From: Octopus vulgaris
Taxonomy: Eukaryota
DNA: 64,000 nt
Reading direction: 5' to 3'
Assembly (NCBI GenBank): GCA_951406725.2
Contig: OX597816.1
Coordinates: 57,226,001 to 57,290,000 of the forward strand
This document shows positions 13,926 through 27,632 of the stretch, piece by piece. Under the pieces are notes generated by a model. The model saw only the letters and a list, made by a program, of their open reading frames with translations, was not told the origin of the DNA and made no database searches. Numbering within the stretch: position 1 is the stretch's first letter; every line of letters begins with the position of its first letter. The position numbers and the translations under genes were made by a program.

Positions 13926-14618
13926 CAGTCACTCTCGGCCCCTTTACAGCCACTAGCCTTAATCAGCTGAGCCGCCAAGTAAAACTGCAGTCGCACACAA
14001 GACATACCAAAATAGAAAAACTTCCCGACACAAAACGTCAGCCATGTTAAATAATCTTTATCACGTGACTATAGGGTTGAATCATGTGTCACTGTTGTAA
14101 CAAAAACGCATGTAACACTACTAAAAGAATTATTTATTAATAATGTTGGAGAACAGTTTTGTAGGTTTTGTCTTCGAAAAGTAATTGTAGCAGGCTCTGT
14201 CGTAAGATCTTTCCTATCAGGCGCACTAACGTTACACAATAGACGCATATAGTTTTGTCTGACGGCTAATAAGTCGTTAATAGTTCTCCTCTCATTATGT
14301 TCCCTTCCTCTCCTACTTAATTAATACTGCCAAATCACATGATCAACATTTCGGTGGTATTTGAAGAATATATTATCATAGTTAAGGTTTATGGCTTTTA
14401 TTTTTCCTCACAAGTCATGAGACTAACAAGACAGATCAAACCACGTTCAGAAAGAATTAAGGATGGAAGAGAAATTGAAACGAAAATGACTTGCAGGGCA
14501 ACATGTTATACAACAACCAGTTTTACATCTTATACAACTGGTCTGGAACAAGTTTCGAGGTGACAACAACACTTCTGCCGAGCAGTTGGTCAGATAGATA
14601 GACACACACACACACACG

Positions 14619-14651
<33 letters not shown>

Positions 14652-14769
14652 ATATATACGTGTGTATGTGTGTGCATGTGTGTGCATGTGTGTGTGTGTG
14701 TATGTACACACATACTCGCACACACATATACCCACGCACACGTGTGACTTGTAGGGCAACATGTTATAC

Positions 14770-14831
<62 letters not shown>

Positions 14832-15189
14832 TGAATATATACTAGCCATCTAACATATGTCTATAAATACATATTAACACACCAGCAGTGTTTATTCAAG
14901 TTGCTAATGATAATAAAACTGTACTTGGACAATAATATGGGTGTAATGAAAATAAATTGTTGTCTGATCACGGAATCTAACAAGGCCAAGAATGCAGTGA
15001 CTTAACCAGACATTTTCATGCTATTGTCAATGAAACGAGCTGATAATGTGAAGACACATAACTATAAAGTCGTGACTTCCCTACTGACCAAAGATTACAA
15101 AAACCACTCGTCTGTTGTCTCAACTGTTTGTAGTTCAGCTCTGGGTGAGCCATGGTCGAGAAGACGTAGCGTTCGGTCATTCGGTTCTC

Positions 15190-16450
15190 ATTATGCTTTG
15201 TGGCACTTGAGGTGACAGCAAAATCATTCCACCTTCTAACACTGAAAACATCCCTGACAGCTTATTTCACTGTTAACCCTTCTGCTTTTAAGATCTTTCG
15301 TTATTGTTCTCCACTATGTTTCCTTTGGTTGGCCATGTCTTCTTTTACCTTGTGGATCCCATTGTAACAATTCAGTTCGGTTTATAGCGACAAACTCGAC
15401 CCAGCCATTTCCATCTCCTTGCTTCAATAGTTTCTCTTATTGGTTTCATGCTAGCCTTTGTGTGTAGTTGGCTATTCTTTTCTACTACAGGCACAAGGAC
15501 CGACATTTTGGGGGAGGAGGCCTCAGTACGCAACTGGTACTTAATTTATCGTCCCCGAAGGGGTGAAAGACAAAGTCGACCTCGGCGGAATTTAAGCTCA
15601 GAACGTAAAAACAGACGAAATACCGCTAAGCATTTCGCCCGGCATGCTAATTTTTCTTATTTCTTTATTGCCTACAGGAGGCTAAACATAGAGGGGACAA
15701 ACCAGGACAGACAGATTACATCGACCCCAGTGCGTAACTGGTACTTATTTAATCGACCCCGAAAGGATGATAGACGATGTCGACCTCGGCGGAATTTGAA
15801 CTCAGAGCATAAAGACAGACGAAATACCTATTTCTTTACAACCCACAAGGGGTTAAACACAGAGAGGACAAACAAGAACAGACAAACGGATTAAGTCGAT
15901 TATATCGACCCTAGTGCGTAACTGGTACTTATTTAATCGACCCCGAAGGGATGAAAGGCAAAGTTGACCTCGGCGGAATTTGAACTCAGAACGTAGCTGC
16001 AGACGAAATACGGCTAACCATTTCGCCTGGCGTGTAAACGTTTCCGCCAGCTCGCCGCCTTTAGAGGTTGAAAAGCAAAGTCGACCTCGGCAGAATTTGA
16101 ACTCAGAACGTAAGGACAGGCGAAATACCGCTAAGCATTTCGCCCGGAGTGCCCACGTTTCTGCCAGCACCCCCTCCCCCCCGTGTAGTTGGCTATTCGA
16201 GATCATATTTGGCCAGTAGACCTTCAAAATTTTTGGTAAACACTTATTTCGAAACCCTTCCAATTTTTTTTCAATACTTTTGGTTGTTCTGCAGCATTCC
16301 GATCCACAGAGGAGGAGATGCTAAGTATGTTGCTCTTATGAAATCGTATTTTGGTGTTCTTGCTGAGTATTGATGATTTCCATATTGAATTTAACAGATC
16401 GAATGATTGGTTGGCTTTGCTGATTCTTGTATTTATTTCATGAATGAAAT
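15190..16450 (-). mobile_element. RTE LINE 3' fragment interrupted by a SINE multimer
   Basis: FRNKCLPKILKVYWPNMISNSQL (16263-16183) continues at 15477 with ..RRWKWLG..WDPQGKR..PKET. Confidence 0.7.
15478..16182 (-). mobile_element. SINE family B multimer with 16-bp TSD
   Basis: GTGTAGTTGGCTATTC at 15462-15477 and 16183-16198. Confidence 0.88.
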
Positions 16451-16989
16451 CTAATCCTGATTTTTTAGGTTATCTAGGACTATATAAAGGCAGTAAGCCG
16501 ACAGAATCGTTATCACGTCGGACTTCCGGCTCGTTTCGCTGAGGCCAACTTTGCTTTTCATTCCTTCGGGGTCGATGAAGTAATGTACCACTAAAGTACT
16601 AGAATCGATTAAATTGACTTTTGCTCTCCCTTCAAAAATTGCTGTCTTGGACCCCTGTAACAAACCAGGGGAAATGTTGTGATCTCAGTCACATATACAC
16701 CACGGAAAACCGTTCTTATTTACTGCAGTGACTGACTGGAGAATATTGAAGAGTTAGTGTAAGTGACCTTCACAGGGGCTAAAGAAAGATTAGGGCCCGG
16801 CATTACAATCTAACTTCACATTCAATAATAATAGCTTTACTACAGTGTGCTGTAGCAACTTGGTCATAATTACAGAATGTCACATGCGATCCCTTCTCAG
16901 AGACAACCAGAAAAATTGAATTAACATTATGGCAGTGCTTCTCCCTCAGTCGCGTTGTGGTGGACATCCAGAAAAAAAAATTTCTTTTT

Positions 16990-17428
16990 AGGTGCAGTCT
17001 TGATTGTGTGGTAAGAAGCTTGCTTCTCAACTACATGGTTCAGGGTTCAACCTCACTGAAAAGCGACACCTCGAGCAAGTGTCGTCTACTATAGCCGCGG
17101 ACCATCCAAAGCCTTGTGAGTGGATTTGGTAGACGGAAGCTGAATGATGCCTGTCGTATATTTACGTGTGGGGCGTGTGTGTGTGTGTGTGTGTCTGTGT
17201 CTGTGTCTGTGTTTGTGTCTGTGTTTGACTCCATGTACGCTAGACAACCAGTATTGGTGTGTTTGCGTCCCCGTAACCTAGCGGTTCGGTGAAAGAGACC
17301 GATAGAATAAATACCAGGCTTTAAGGAAAAAGAAAGTCCTGGGGTCAATTCGTTTGACTAGCATCCTTCAAGGCGGTGCCCCAGGATGGCCACAGCTTAA
17401 TGGCTTAAACAAATAGAAAAGAAAAGAT
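16990..17428 (+). mobile_element. SINE family A (older copy)
   Basis: Homology to other copies. Confidence 0.8.
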
Positions 17429-17638
17429 ATTAAATGTGAAATGTTGATTAAATAGTTTCTCAATTTGTAAATTAAAAAGTCAGACACGGCGACATTTTAT
17501 CATCTGTTTATTCAAGAAAGGAACGCAACGACCAAGATAACAACACACACGCATACACATGCATAGCTCCTAATTGATTGTATCATATCACCGGCGAACC
17601 TAGGTTGGCCTTAGATCTCACACGTTATACCTTATACC

Positions 17639-17715
<77 letters not shown>

Positions 17716-18359
17716 ATAAGATATCTTTCTTACCAAATTATTCTTAATTAATACCAAATATTTACTGATTCTCTTATTTAATCTTCGTTGGTGACAGAAA
17801 CCCTAAAATTCTACAATCAAACAGCACTCCCTCGACCGTCCCTTCGACATCATTTCTAAAACCAACACAAAAGGAAGTAAGTTAGCATTGAATAGCAACA
17901 AGTGACGACCTGGAATGGTGTTAAAGTAAATAGACTCTGATAAATTAATTTAACAATGTTGACAGATGTGTTTGGTTGTCCGGTATATTCAATGTCCAGT
18001 TATGAGAAGGAGCAGAAAGAGGGAGAGGAGGAGGAAGGAGAAGGGGATTCGTCTAATTACGTATTAATTACATCATACTGCCACCGGTGTAAACCACTTG
18101 TACAACAGCAGACTGAATACTTCACAAGTTTCTTTAATGAGTTGTGGACTTTACTGTAATATCAAACAACCTCTTTCCAACATTACTGAGAGAGTGGGGT
18201 GCGGAGAGAGAGAGGGAGAGGGGGGAAGACCGGGGTAGAGGCATGAAAAGGGAAAGAGGGCGGAATTTTGTTTATTTTGTGCTGCAAAAAAAAACTAAAA
18301 ATGTGCAATACAACGACTTTTATGTTGGAAATCTAGAGAGACTCAAGTGCGTTAATTAA

Positions 18360-18535
18360 TGCTGGAAGCGTGTGAAGTTTAATATATTTTAATTTGTGTC
18401 GGAAGTGTGTTGAGATTTATTTATATTTATTTAAGGCTGGAAGTGTGTGGAGTTTGATAAATTTTAATGTATGTCGGAAGTGTGTAGAGGTTTGTATTTG
18501 TCAAATAATTAGTGCTGGAAGTGTGTGGAGTCCCG
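18360..18535. repeat. Degenerate minisatellite (about 30-40 bp unit, GGAAGTGTGT core)
   Basis: Alternating gctggaagtgtgtg / gtcggaagtgtgt, five copies. Confidence 0.7.
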
Positions 18536-18907
18536 TGTGTAAATATCTATGCTGGATAATAAACAGCGATTACATAAGTGGAACCACGGTTTCGTTTAGT
18601 TGTTCGGTCGACTTGCCGACACATGGCGAAAATCTTTGAGACTTTCCAACGAGCCGCTGTGTGATGGCCGACAGACGACACCAAACAATCTAAACCTCTT
18701 CAAACGCTTAAAGGGACTCTGAGACCGATAGAATAAATACCAAGTTTTAAGGCGGGTGGGAAAGGAAGTACTGGGGTCAATTCATTCAACTAAAAAATTT
18801 TTCAAGGCGGTGCCCCAGCATGGCCGCATCTAATGACGGAAACAAATAAGAAATAAAGATAAAAGATATGCATACGTAGCAACCATAGAAATGCGCGTGC
18901 ACGCACG

Positions 18908-18960
<53 letters not shown>

Positions 18961-19399
18961 ACATACATACATACATACATACATACATACATACATACAT
19001 ACACACGCACACAAGCACGCACACATTGGCTCTTTTCGTTAATCACAGAGTCTCACATGTAGAGAAGCAACTGTAAATTATGGTGCAAGAGATTGTGACT
19101 TTGATTTCAAAGCAAAGAAATCGAGGCGGTACTTACGGTTCGGGTCGGTGACCTGGAACTATGTCCAAAGGCTAGAAATTTACGAGATGAATATTCTATG
19201 ACTTTTCTGACATTTTAAAGAGCAGTTTTGGTCTAAAAGTAGAGAATTAACATCAATTAGAATATGGCGCCCTAACATGGTTTATATTAAGAAATAAAGA
19301 ATCTAAATAAACAAACGTATTTCTTCATGTTCTCTTTTAGTTTTTGTTAGATTTCCGAAGTTTTTCAGGATTTTGTGTTCTTTTTTTTTTATATATATA

Positions 19400-19666
19400 T
19401 AAAGAAGCCTGTCGTATATATGTATATATATATGTATGTGTGTGTGTTTGTGTGTCTGTGTTTGTCCCCCTAGCATTGCTTGACAACCGATGCTGGTGGG
19501 TTTACGTCCCCGTCACTTAGCGGTTCGGCAAAAAGAGACCGATAGAATAAGTACTGGGCTTACAAAGAATAAGTCCCAGGGTCGATTTGCTCGACTAAAG
19601 GCGGTGCTCCAGCATGGCCGCAGTCAAATGACTGAAACAAGTAAAAGAGTAAAAGAGTAAAGAGTA
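19400..19666 (+). mobile_element. SINE family A, 5'-truncated
   Basis: 3' half with (GAGTAAAA)n tail. Confidence 0.85.
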
Positions 19667-20569
19667 TATAAACGTTTTGACAGCTGATAGTGCTGGGTCA
19701 AAGATCATGACCAGAAGAATGAAAATAGCGGACTTGCACACGCAAAATTTAATTTAAATTCCAGTTCCGTTTCTGATATGGAAAGTCACACAAAAAGATA
19801 AATACACCCCTTTTTTTTTTATTCTATGTAGAAACTAAATTGTCCCTTTAATTAAACAGTTTCTGTTTGTTTTTTTATTATTCTAACTTCTTTTGTATTT
19901 TAAATAAGGTCACAAAGATCAAATTGTTGTTCCTTAAATGACTAACACGATATGGCTACTAGCATTGTATTTTTATAAGGCTACATCGTATATGGTAAAC
20001 AAGAGTGTAGTCTCTGGTAACAAGTTTCCGACTTGCGGGTCACTGGTTCGTAGCATTTATTGTAAGTGACACAATCGAGTATCTCTAGCTAGATGCAGAA
20101 CAAATATCTGAAGGTAATACTTGTATAAACATTGTTTTTATCGTTTCCTTCTGATGTTTATATACATTCATATATGCATACGTACGTACGTGACGGACAT
20201 GCCTATATACACATATGCCTACAAGCACATACATACATGCATACATACATATAGACATACACACTAACCTACATCATTGGATGCAATCGAAGTCCCAGAT
20301 ATTTCCGGAGACTTTTTTCTCTTAGGAGAGAAGTCTGAACAAAGACAAGGGAGTCTTTCACTCCCAGCTTTGGGATGGCCGTTAACTCCGCTGTATTTAT
20401 CCACCGTTTGACAAGGATTTAAAAAAAAAAATTTTTGACCTGCAGGGTATCTAACGGTCCGACCTTGAAATTGCTGAGTCACCAGAACGCTTCGCAAGGT
20501 TATGGGTTTCCATTGGTGGAATTTCGTATCCAATCTATCACCCTACTCAGAAACTGAGATGCCTCCTTT

Positions 20570-20835
20570 TACCTCAGCGCCAACTCAGACTGTTTGCCAT
20601 TTTGTTAGATTTTCCGAGTTAGACCCTACTTAGCATATTCTCTTCACTGAGGATCCAGTTGGGTTGATGACCCATGCTGGTTAACCAAATGCCACATGGT
20701 CATGGCAGATGAAGAGGTGTCTCGTGGAGATGAGGGGGGTGTCTGACTGGGACTCTGCTCAATGGGTCGCCCAGGTGGACCCAGCAATATACCGACAATT
20801 GGTGAATGCTACAGCGTGCTGCAACGGCGCATATA
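20570..20835 (+). mobile_element. Decayed RTE-like LINE 3' end
   Basis: Degenerate C-terminal frame ..W.AQ.DP..YR.LV..AT. Confidence 0.4.
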
Positions 20836-21194
20836 TCCACATATATAAGCATACTGGCCGGCAGTTAATGTTTGAAATATGGTACACCCCACCTTCAATG
20901 AAGCAAATGTCATCAGATGACGCCTACTCAGTCAACTCTTTCGCTAACATTGGTTTCTTAAGTTCAAATCTCTGAGGATAGGCGAATGTCTTCTCCAATA
21001 CACCATATCAAGTAACAACCCAACGGTTTACAGTAGGTTGGTACGTTTAACCATTCTGTAGTGGCTTTCCAGACTATTTTTGTGGATCTAAAAACTAGTC
21101 TATGGTTCCTCTTTGGTTTAAAATATTTCTTTTGACAAAAGTTTAAAATGATGGCACCGAATTTATTTTGTTGTTGTTGTTGTTGTTGTTAACT

Positions 21195-21406
21195 GGGCGG
21201 TGAGCTGGCAGAATCGTTAGCAAGCCGGGCAGAATGCTTAGCGGTATTTCGTCCGTCTTCCTGCTCTGAGTTCAAATTCCGCCGAGGTCGACTTTACCTT
21301 TCATCTTTACGGAGTCGATAAATTAAGTACTAGACAAACACTGGGGTTGATACAACCGACTGTCTCTCTTACCCAAATTTCAGGCTTTGGGCCTTTAGTT
21401 GAAAAG

Positions 21407-21408
<2 letters not shown>
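21195..21408 (+). mobile_element. SINE family B monomer
   Basis: Homology to other copies. Confidence 0.8.
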
Positions 21409-21454
<46 letters not shown>

Positions 21455-22290
21455 GCTTTTGCACAGCTTCTAACGCTGGAGATGTACTACAATGTTAGCT
21501 GTTCGCTACCTGTGAACTAAGGTAATACCCCTTATTTTTCGAGCACAATCTGGAGTTTTCGAGCGGTTCCAAGCAGTGCTGTTTTCTGCAAGTGCTCCAC
21601 CCTTATTGCAGCCCCTATTTGTTCCACGTACTTTTCGAGAATTTTGCTCACTGTTCCCAGGGCACCAACAATTATTGGTACTACTGCTACCTTTTTCATC
21701 GACCACAACTGCTTAACTGCCCAAGCATACCTTTTTATCAGATGGGCATGCTATGTCTATGATCCAGCGTAGATTGTTTTCTTTCTCAATTAAGACTATG
21801 TCTGGCTTCTATTCTCTATCTCATGGTCGCACTGAATCATAAAATTCCATAGGATCTTTGCATTTCTATTTTCGACGATGCCTTCAGGTTTATGGTCGTA
21901 CAATTTTTTTGCTCTAACAAGTCGATACTTGTTACAAAGTGTCCTATGGACAAGCCTGGCTATATTGTCGTGGTATCTCTTTTATTCCTTCTGGGCTAGT
22001 GGCGTACATTATCTGGAAAATATGCCACACGGTTTCACCGTTTTGTCCATAGATTCTGCACTTATCACTTTCTGCTGTGTTGTCTATTCTGTATTTTATG
22101 TAGTTTGTTCTTAGTGCTTACTCTTGGGCAGCACCGATTAGAGCCACCGTTTCCGGTTTTAAATTACTTTTAGTCATCCACAGCCATCTTTTTTCTGTCT
22201 GTCTTATTTTCAGCATCCTTATGAAATTGACCATGCATTCTTTTCTTTACCCACCTATTTTCAGTTTCATTCGTTTTCAATTTCTTGTAT
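21455..22290 (-). mobile_element. 3' fragment of an RLE-type LINE (R4/Dong-like) between (TAA)n tracts
   Basis: Minus-strand reading gives ILWNF, R.PDIVLIEKE, DIACPSD, VPIIVGALG, LQKTALLGTA; (ATT)n on both sides. Confidence 0.75.
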
Positions 22291-22295
22291 AGTGC

Positions 22296-22340
<45 letters not shown>

Positions 22341-22736
22341 CATTATTAAATTTTCACTGAAAAAAATATTGTCGATCAGGATTCAGTTTCCTGATAAAGT
22401 GAGTAAATTATTTTCACAGGAAAATATCAATATTCATAGAAATAATTGTTATTACCAATTAGAAGCGGGGAGGGGTTAAATAGAATAAAAATGAAGTGTC
22501 ACTTCGTGGCATATCGGTATATGTTGACGAGCTTGGTATATTCACTATGTACGTTTGATACTGTTATAGGCGCGTGTGTGTGTGTGAGAGAGAGAAAGAG
22601 AGAAACAGAAAGAGAGACACATTGTCACGGATCAGTGACTTTCTGTAACGTGACGTATTGGTTTCATGTATAAATACACATTCTAACGTGACGGAGACTA
22701 ATAGACAGTGGCTTTGTTTCAAGGGAATAAAACAAA

Positions 22737-22789
<53 letters not shown>

Positions 22790-23319
22790 TACGCATTCAG
22801 ATGTGGAAACACATAAAACGCAAGTACACAAACACATATGTACCCAAATATTCTTACACATTGAGCAAGCAGAAAATACCGGTAAACACACACAAACACA
22901 CACACACACGTACGCGCACACATACGCACACACACGTACGCGCACACATACACACACGCACATCTATACATACACAAGCGTGCAATGTATGCGAGTGTGT
23001 ATTTATATATGTGTGTGTGTGTGTAAGCATTCATGCATGTGCACGAGTGTAGTTTGCGCTGCGTAAGCATGTGTATACGCATGATGTGTGTGTGTGGGAG
23101 TGAGCAAATTAGTGAGTTAGTGTATGTATGAGTGTGTATTTATGTATTTCGATGTGTGTGAGTGCGTGTTTACATAAGTTTTTTTTTGTGTCTGTGTAAT
23201 GTCTTTCATCATCCAAGTTAATAAAATTTGAAACCTTTACATGGCATTCCAACAAACTATTCAATGACATCTTCAAGAATCATTGAATTTCTGTGCGTAT
23301 TTGTGTGTGTGTGTGTGTA

Positions 23320-23320
23320 T

Positions 23321-23380
<60 letters not shown>

Positions 23381-23441
23381 GGACAGACAGACAGATAGAT
23401 TGATAGATAGATGGACATATTGATACATAGATGGACAGATT

Positions 23442-23492
<51 letters not shown>

Positions 23493-23538
23493 GGAGAGAG
23501 GGACGGACGGACGGACGGATGGATGGATGGATGGATAG
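23320..23538. repeat. (GATA)n/(GGAC)n/(GGAT)n tetranucleotide array
   Basis: Direct reading. Confidence 0.9.
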
Positions 23539-24489
23539 AATTACCTAGAGTGAATATCTTCTCTTAGACGGGTTGCGTTGTCTACACACACGTTAGGAAT
23601 ATTGTGTAGAAATAATCCTACATGAAGTACTGATATTTAATATTCAAATAATATTCAAATAATATTGTTGGAGTGTGCAGATTATACCGAACAATTTAAA
23701 AATGATAATAACAGAATCAATAATATAGGCGATTGCAGGTCCCCCAAAAAGCATTAAATAGCTGAAGGATTAAAATTAATCAAAGGAGATACTAAGTATG
23801 TCTACCTGCTGGAAATAACAGTCAAAATTCTTATTTAAATTCTCAAAATACAGTGATAATAACTACAGAAACCAACCATCCGAAAGCAAACGGGCAAAGA
23901 CAGTCTCCCAACGTACATTCAAGTATTTAGACTCACGTGGACCGGTTTCTGCAATTGCAAAATAGCCTCAGCCTCTTCAGCAAGCGTTACCATGATAGAG
24001 ACTCCCAGCCCGTCCTATTGAATCCATTGTTTATATATAATGTATAAATATGTATACATATCATACACACACAAACATACACATACACTCAAATATATGC
24101 ATATCGCTGTGAATAGCAATTATATGTACGTTTGCGCATGTATATGATTGTATGTATATATAAATGTATGCGTGATGACGGTGTGTGACTCTGTGTGTGT
24201 GTGCGTCTTTGAACGTATATCAGCAATATATATTTTTGCTATGTCTTTTGATGAAGAACACTTCAACAACAAAACTCCTTTCTCAGATATCTTCCATGCA
24301 CAACACCTATCTCCACTACCTTTCCTCCATATCTCACAAGCGCTCTATCATAGACCACCCTCATCTAACTCCCAATACCAATTTTAAGAGGATAAGGCTG
24401 TTGGTATATATAAGTCTGTCAGGTCTGAAATTATGATTAATGGCGATTCTACGTTCCGCTGAAAACTGTACAGAAATGTACGCACGCGC

Positions 24490-24525
24490 GCGCATATATA
24501 CATATATACATATGTGTATATATGA

Positions 24526-24574
<49 letters not shown>

Positions 24575-24790
24575 TGCATATATATATACATACATATATA
24601 TATATACTCACATATACATGTATATATATATATACATACATATATATATATATACACATATACATGCCTATATATATACATACATATACATGTATATATA
24701 TATATACATATATATACATATATATATACATACACATATATATATACATACATATATATACATATATATATATATGGGTGTGTGTGATTG
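24490..24790. repeat. (TA)n/(TACA)n compound microsatellite flanking the PLE
   Basis: Direct reading. Confidence 0.9.
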
Positions 24791-24940
24791 TGTATAGAAG
24801 AATATATTAATAAAAAAGAATTCCAACCTTGTCTGATTTTCACGTTTTATTTACAATCTTATAATGATATATTATAAGATAATATATTATAATTGAATAA
24901 AATAAAATGAAATAGTAGAATGTTAAATATTCATTCTGAT

Positions 24941-24985
24941 TGAACTAGTACTTTCATGCATTGAATTCTGCAATCTTCGGGTTCA
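24941..24985 (-). ncRNA. Second copy of the minimal hammerhead motif in the inverted pLTR
   Basis: Exact reverse complement of 30361-30405. Confidence 0.8.
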
Positions 24986-25479
24986 TGTAGTAGTGTTGAC
25001 AGTCATGCTTCACAATTTTTGACTGTAGCAAGATGAGTGATTCTGTGCTATAAATACAGCTGGGTAGGCTCCAGAGTGCTAGGTTTTGCAAACTGTATTC
25101 TGACCAATCAGTGTGTAGTATCACTCAATTACTTAAGCTGATTGGTTGGTTGAGCTGATTGGTTTAGGCATCACGCTTTGTTGGACAGGTCAAGAGTCCT
25201 GTATCTTGACCCTGGCCGAAGCAGCAATTGTTGGGTTATTTTTAGAAATGTTGTAAATATCCTTTGTCAGAGATTTTTATATTTTTATATTTCAATTGTC
25301 ATCATCATCATTGTCAGCACCTTAATTATTGTTGCTAGTGGTGATGGTGGTGGCAATAGAACTTTTAACCCTAAATAAGATAATTTTCCTGCTATCTTCG
25401 TCTTGATCACCTTTAGTATTGTTGTTGTTGTTAGTGGTCATGGTCGTAGCAGTGGAAGTAATACCTCTAAGTATTATTA

Positions 25480-26444
25480 TTATTGCTTATTTAGCTTGGG
25501 TTCGAATTTATCAATAAAATTCTTTTCTCTGATTTTCCTCTCGATTTCACTTGGGCTGTGTAATTTGTAGAATGGAAATATTATATATATTTTCCGACCA
25601 CATGTTGCTAGGTGGTTACTCAAAGGTATCTGACGGACCTCTGGGTCTCTAATCTGTTGCCGGTGTACACGTGAGCGTTCTAATAGTGCGTTTCCCGTCT
25701 GACCTACATATATTTCTTCACAATTTGGGCATTTGATGCAGTAAATTAAATTTCTGCTTTTGCAGTTCATATTCGCGTTTGTGAATATTTTCCCGGTTTT
25801 TGTGTTTATATATTGACCGGTATGTATGAATTGGCATGTGCCACATCGGCTATCATTGCATTTAGATGCCGTGAATGTTTGGTCTTTGTTGCTGAGGTCA
25901 AATTTTGCCTTTGTTAGTAATGTTTTCAAGTTTTTAGGCTGTCTTTTACTAAGCACCATAGCTCGATCCTTGATTATGTCTTTTAATTCATTACTTTGGG
26001 CAATGATTGGTAGGTTTGCTTTGGCAATGTTGAAGATATTCTGGTGACATGGGTTGTGTGTCACTATGAATGGTATGACTTGTTCTTGTTTTCCTCTTCC
26101 TTGGGTTGTCCTAAGTTGTTGTATAGGTATTTTTATAGCCCGCTGTATGCCATTTTCTATAAGTAGAGATGGGTATTTTTGTTTGAGCAAAATTCTCTTA
26201 GTTCTATTAGGCGTTTGTTCCTGATATTTGCATCTTCTACAATAGTACAAATTCTTCTGGCTAGGCAGTATGGGATGTTACGTTTTGTATGTGGTGGATG
26301 GCACGACTTAAAATTTAGGTATTGATGTGTGTCTGTGTGTTTATAGTATATATCTGTGGTGATGGTGGTGTCTTTTTTAATTACCATTATATCCAGGAAT
26401 GGTAATTTGGTACTACTCATCTCCTTTGTAAATTTGAGAGATGG
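25480..26444 (-). pseudogene. Inverted duplicate of the PLE ORF 3' third (RT thumb + GIY-YIG), with 1-nt frameshift
   Basis: ORFs 26157-26453 and 25480-26250 match the C-terminus of 27956-29866 except V->A (FTVSK/FTASK) and a T5->T4 deletion. Confidence 0.93.
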
Positions 26445-27632
26445 TTGACACACAATCCTCTATTTTAAAGGAAATAGAAAAACAGTCTACAGACGGAAAA
26501 CTTGGAAATGAACACATAAACTCTGAAATTAAGAATTTAGCTGAAATGATACCAACAATTATAAAATCTACAAGAGAAAGCCTACCACAACCTCCTTGGA
26601 TGTCAGAAATAAACGAAAGAAATCTGGAAAAAGAGGCACACCGAAAAAGAGAAGAGATACAGAAGACATGGAAAAAACTCCTTAACATAAGAAAACAAAA
26701 CTTCTGGAAGGCATATAAATGCGAAAAATATGCTGAAATACATTCGAAATGGATATCTTTAGCGGCACCCATACTTCCTCGGAAGTACCTAATTAAAGAA
26801 ATTGCAGGAGAACCAGAGGAAGAAACTAAACTTCGATGGGACCTTAGTTTGATAAAATTCAGGACCGACATCTCCATTACCCTGTCTAAACAATCCCGCT
26901 ACAAAGCCAAATACGAAGCTATCGATGATCAAATCAGAGATGACCGGCAATATAGCAGAAAAAATGCGAGAACTATGGATCAGAGATATCTCAAAAGAAG
27001 AAAGCAGATCAAGAAAGTTTTGGCAGCGGAAACAATTATTTCTCGACAAATATGCTACAAATTACGGTAAAGACACCAGAACTCCGAGAAATAGCATTAA
27101 AAGTGGACAACCTCACCAACGCAACATACACCAGAACACGTGGCAACATGAACACCCGTTTCACCACGAATCGAAGACGAACTACGGTAAGAACTCTTCC
27201 CATTTTGTATGCAAACACCCTAATGCACACAACATGAACAAAAAGCACAAACAAAATAGATATTGTTTTGAACAGACCATTAGCAGTAGAAATAACAGGA
27301 GATCATTTTCAAGACCTCAACAGAGATTACCCACAAGAAACTGGACAAAAAACCGATCTAGATCTAGAAGTAAACCCAGATCATTTCTCCAGGTGGTTAA
27401 AAACAATGCTAACAAGAAATTGAAAAGTAGCATACATAATACCAAAAACAAGACAGAAAACATAACGAAACCAAGTAAAGTACCACAACCAAAACGCAAA
27501 ATTCATCAAGCAAACATCAACAGGAATATAAATCATAACCAGAAAAAAATCCATTTTTTTACGTCAGGACAACAAACACCGGAGAAAGAAAAAATCCAAG
27601 AGGAAACATACCCCAAACAACTGAACGTATAG
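26445..27632 (+). CDS. PLE upstream ORF1 (helical/coiled-coil N-part, basic R/S/K/N-rich C-part), 5'-truncated, one frameshift near 26930
   Basis: Overlapping ORFs 26441-27070 and 26925-27632 read as one charged helical protein followed by a basic disordered tail (RSRSRSKPRS); lies inside the element directly before the RT frame. Confidence 0.7.

Noticed and set aside
15448-16219. Recurring ORFs such as RNWYLFNRPRKDERQSRPRRNLNSER and SVSVYQIHSQGFGRPEA
   Set aside because: Chance frames within SINE families A and B
18360-18535. CRISPR-like repeat/spacer pattern
   Set aside because: Eukaryotic context, degenerate repeats, spacers related to each other, no cas genes
25178-25378. Identical 66-aa ORF at 25178 (+) and 29968 (-)
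   Set aside because: Antisense to the PLE 3'UTR; duplication explained by the inverted arm
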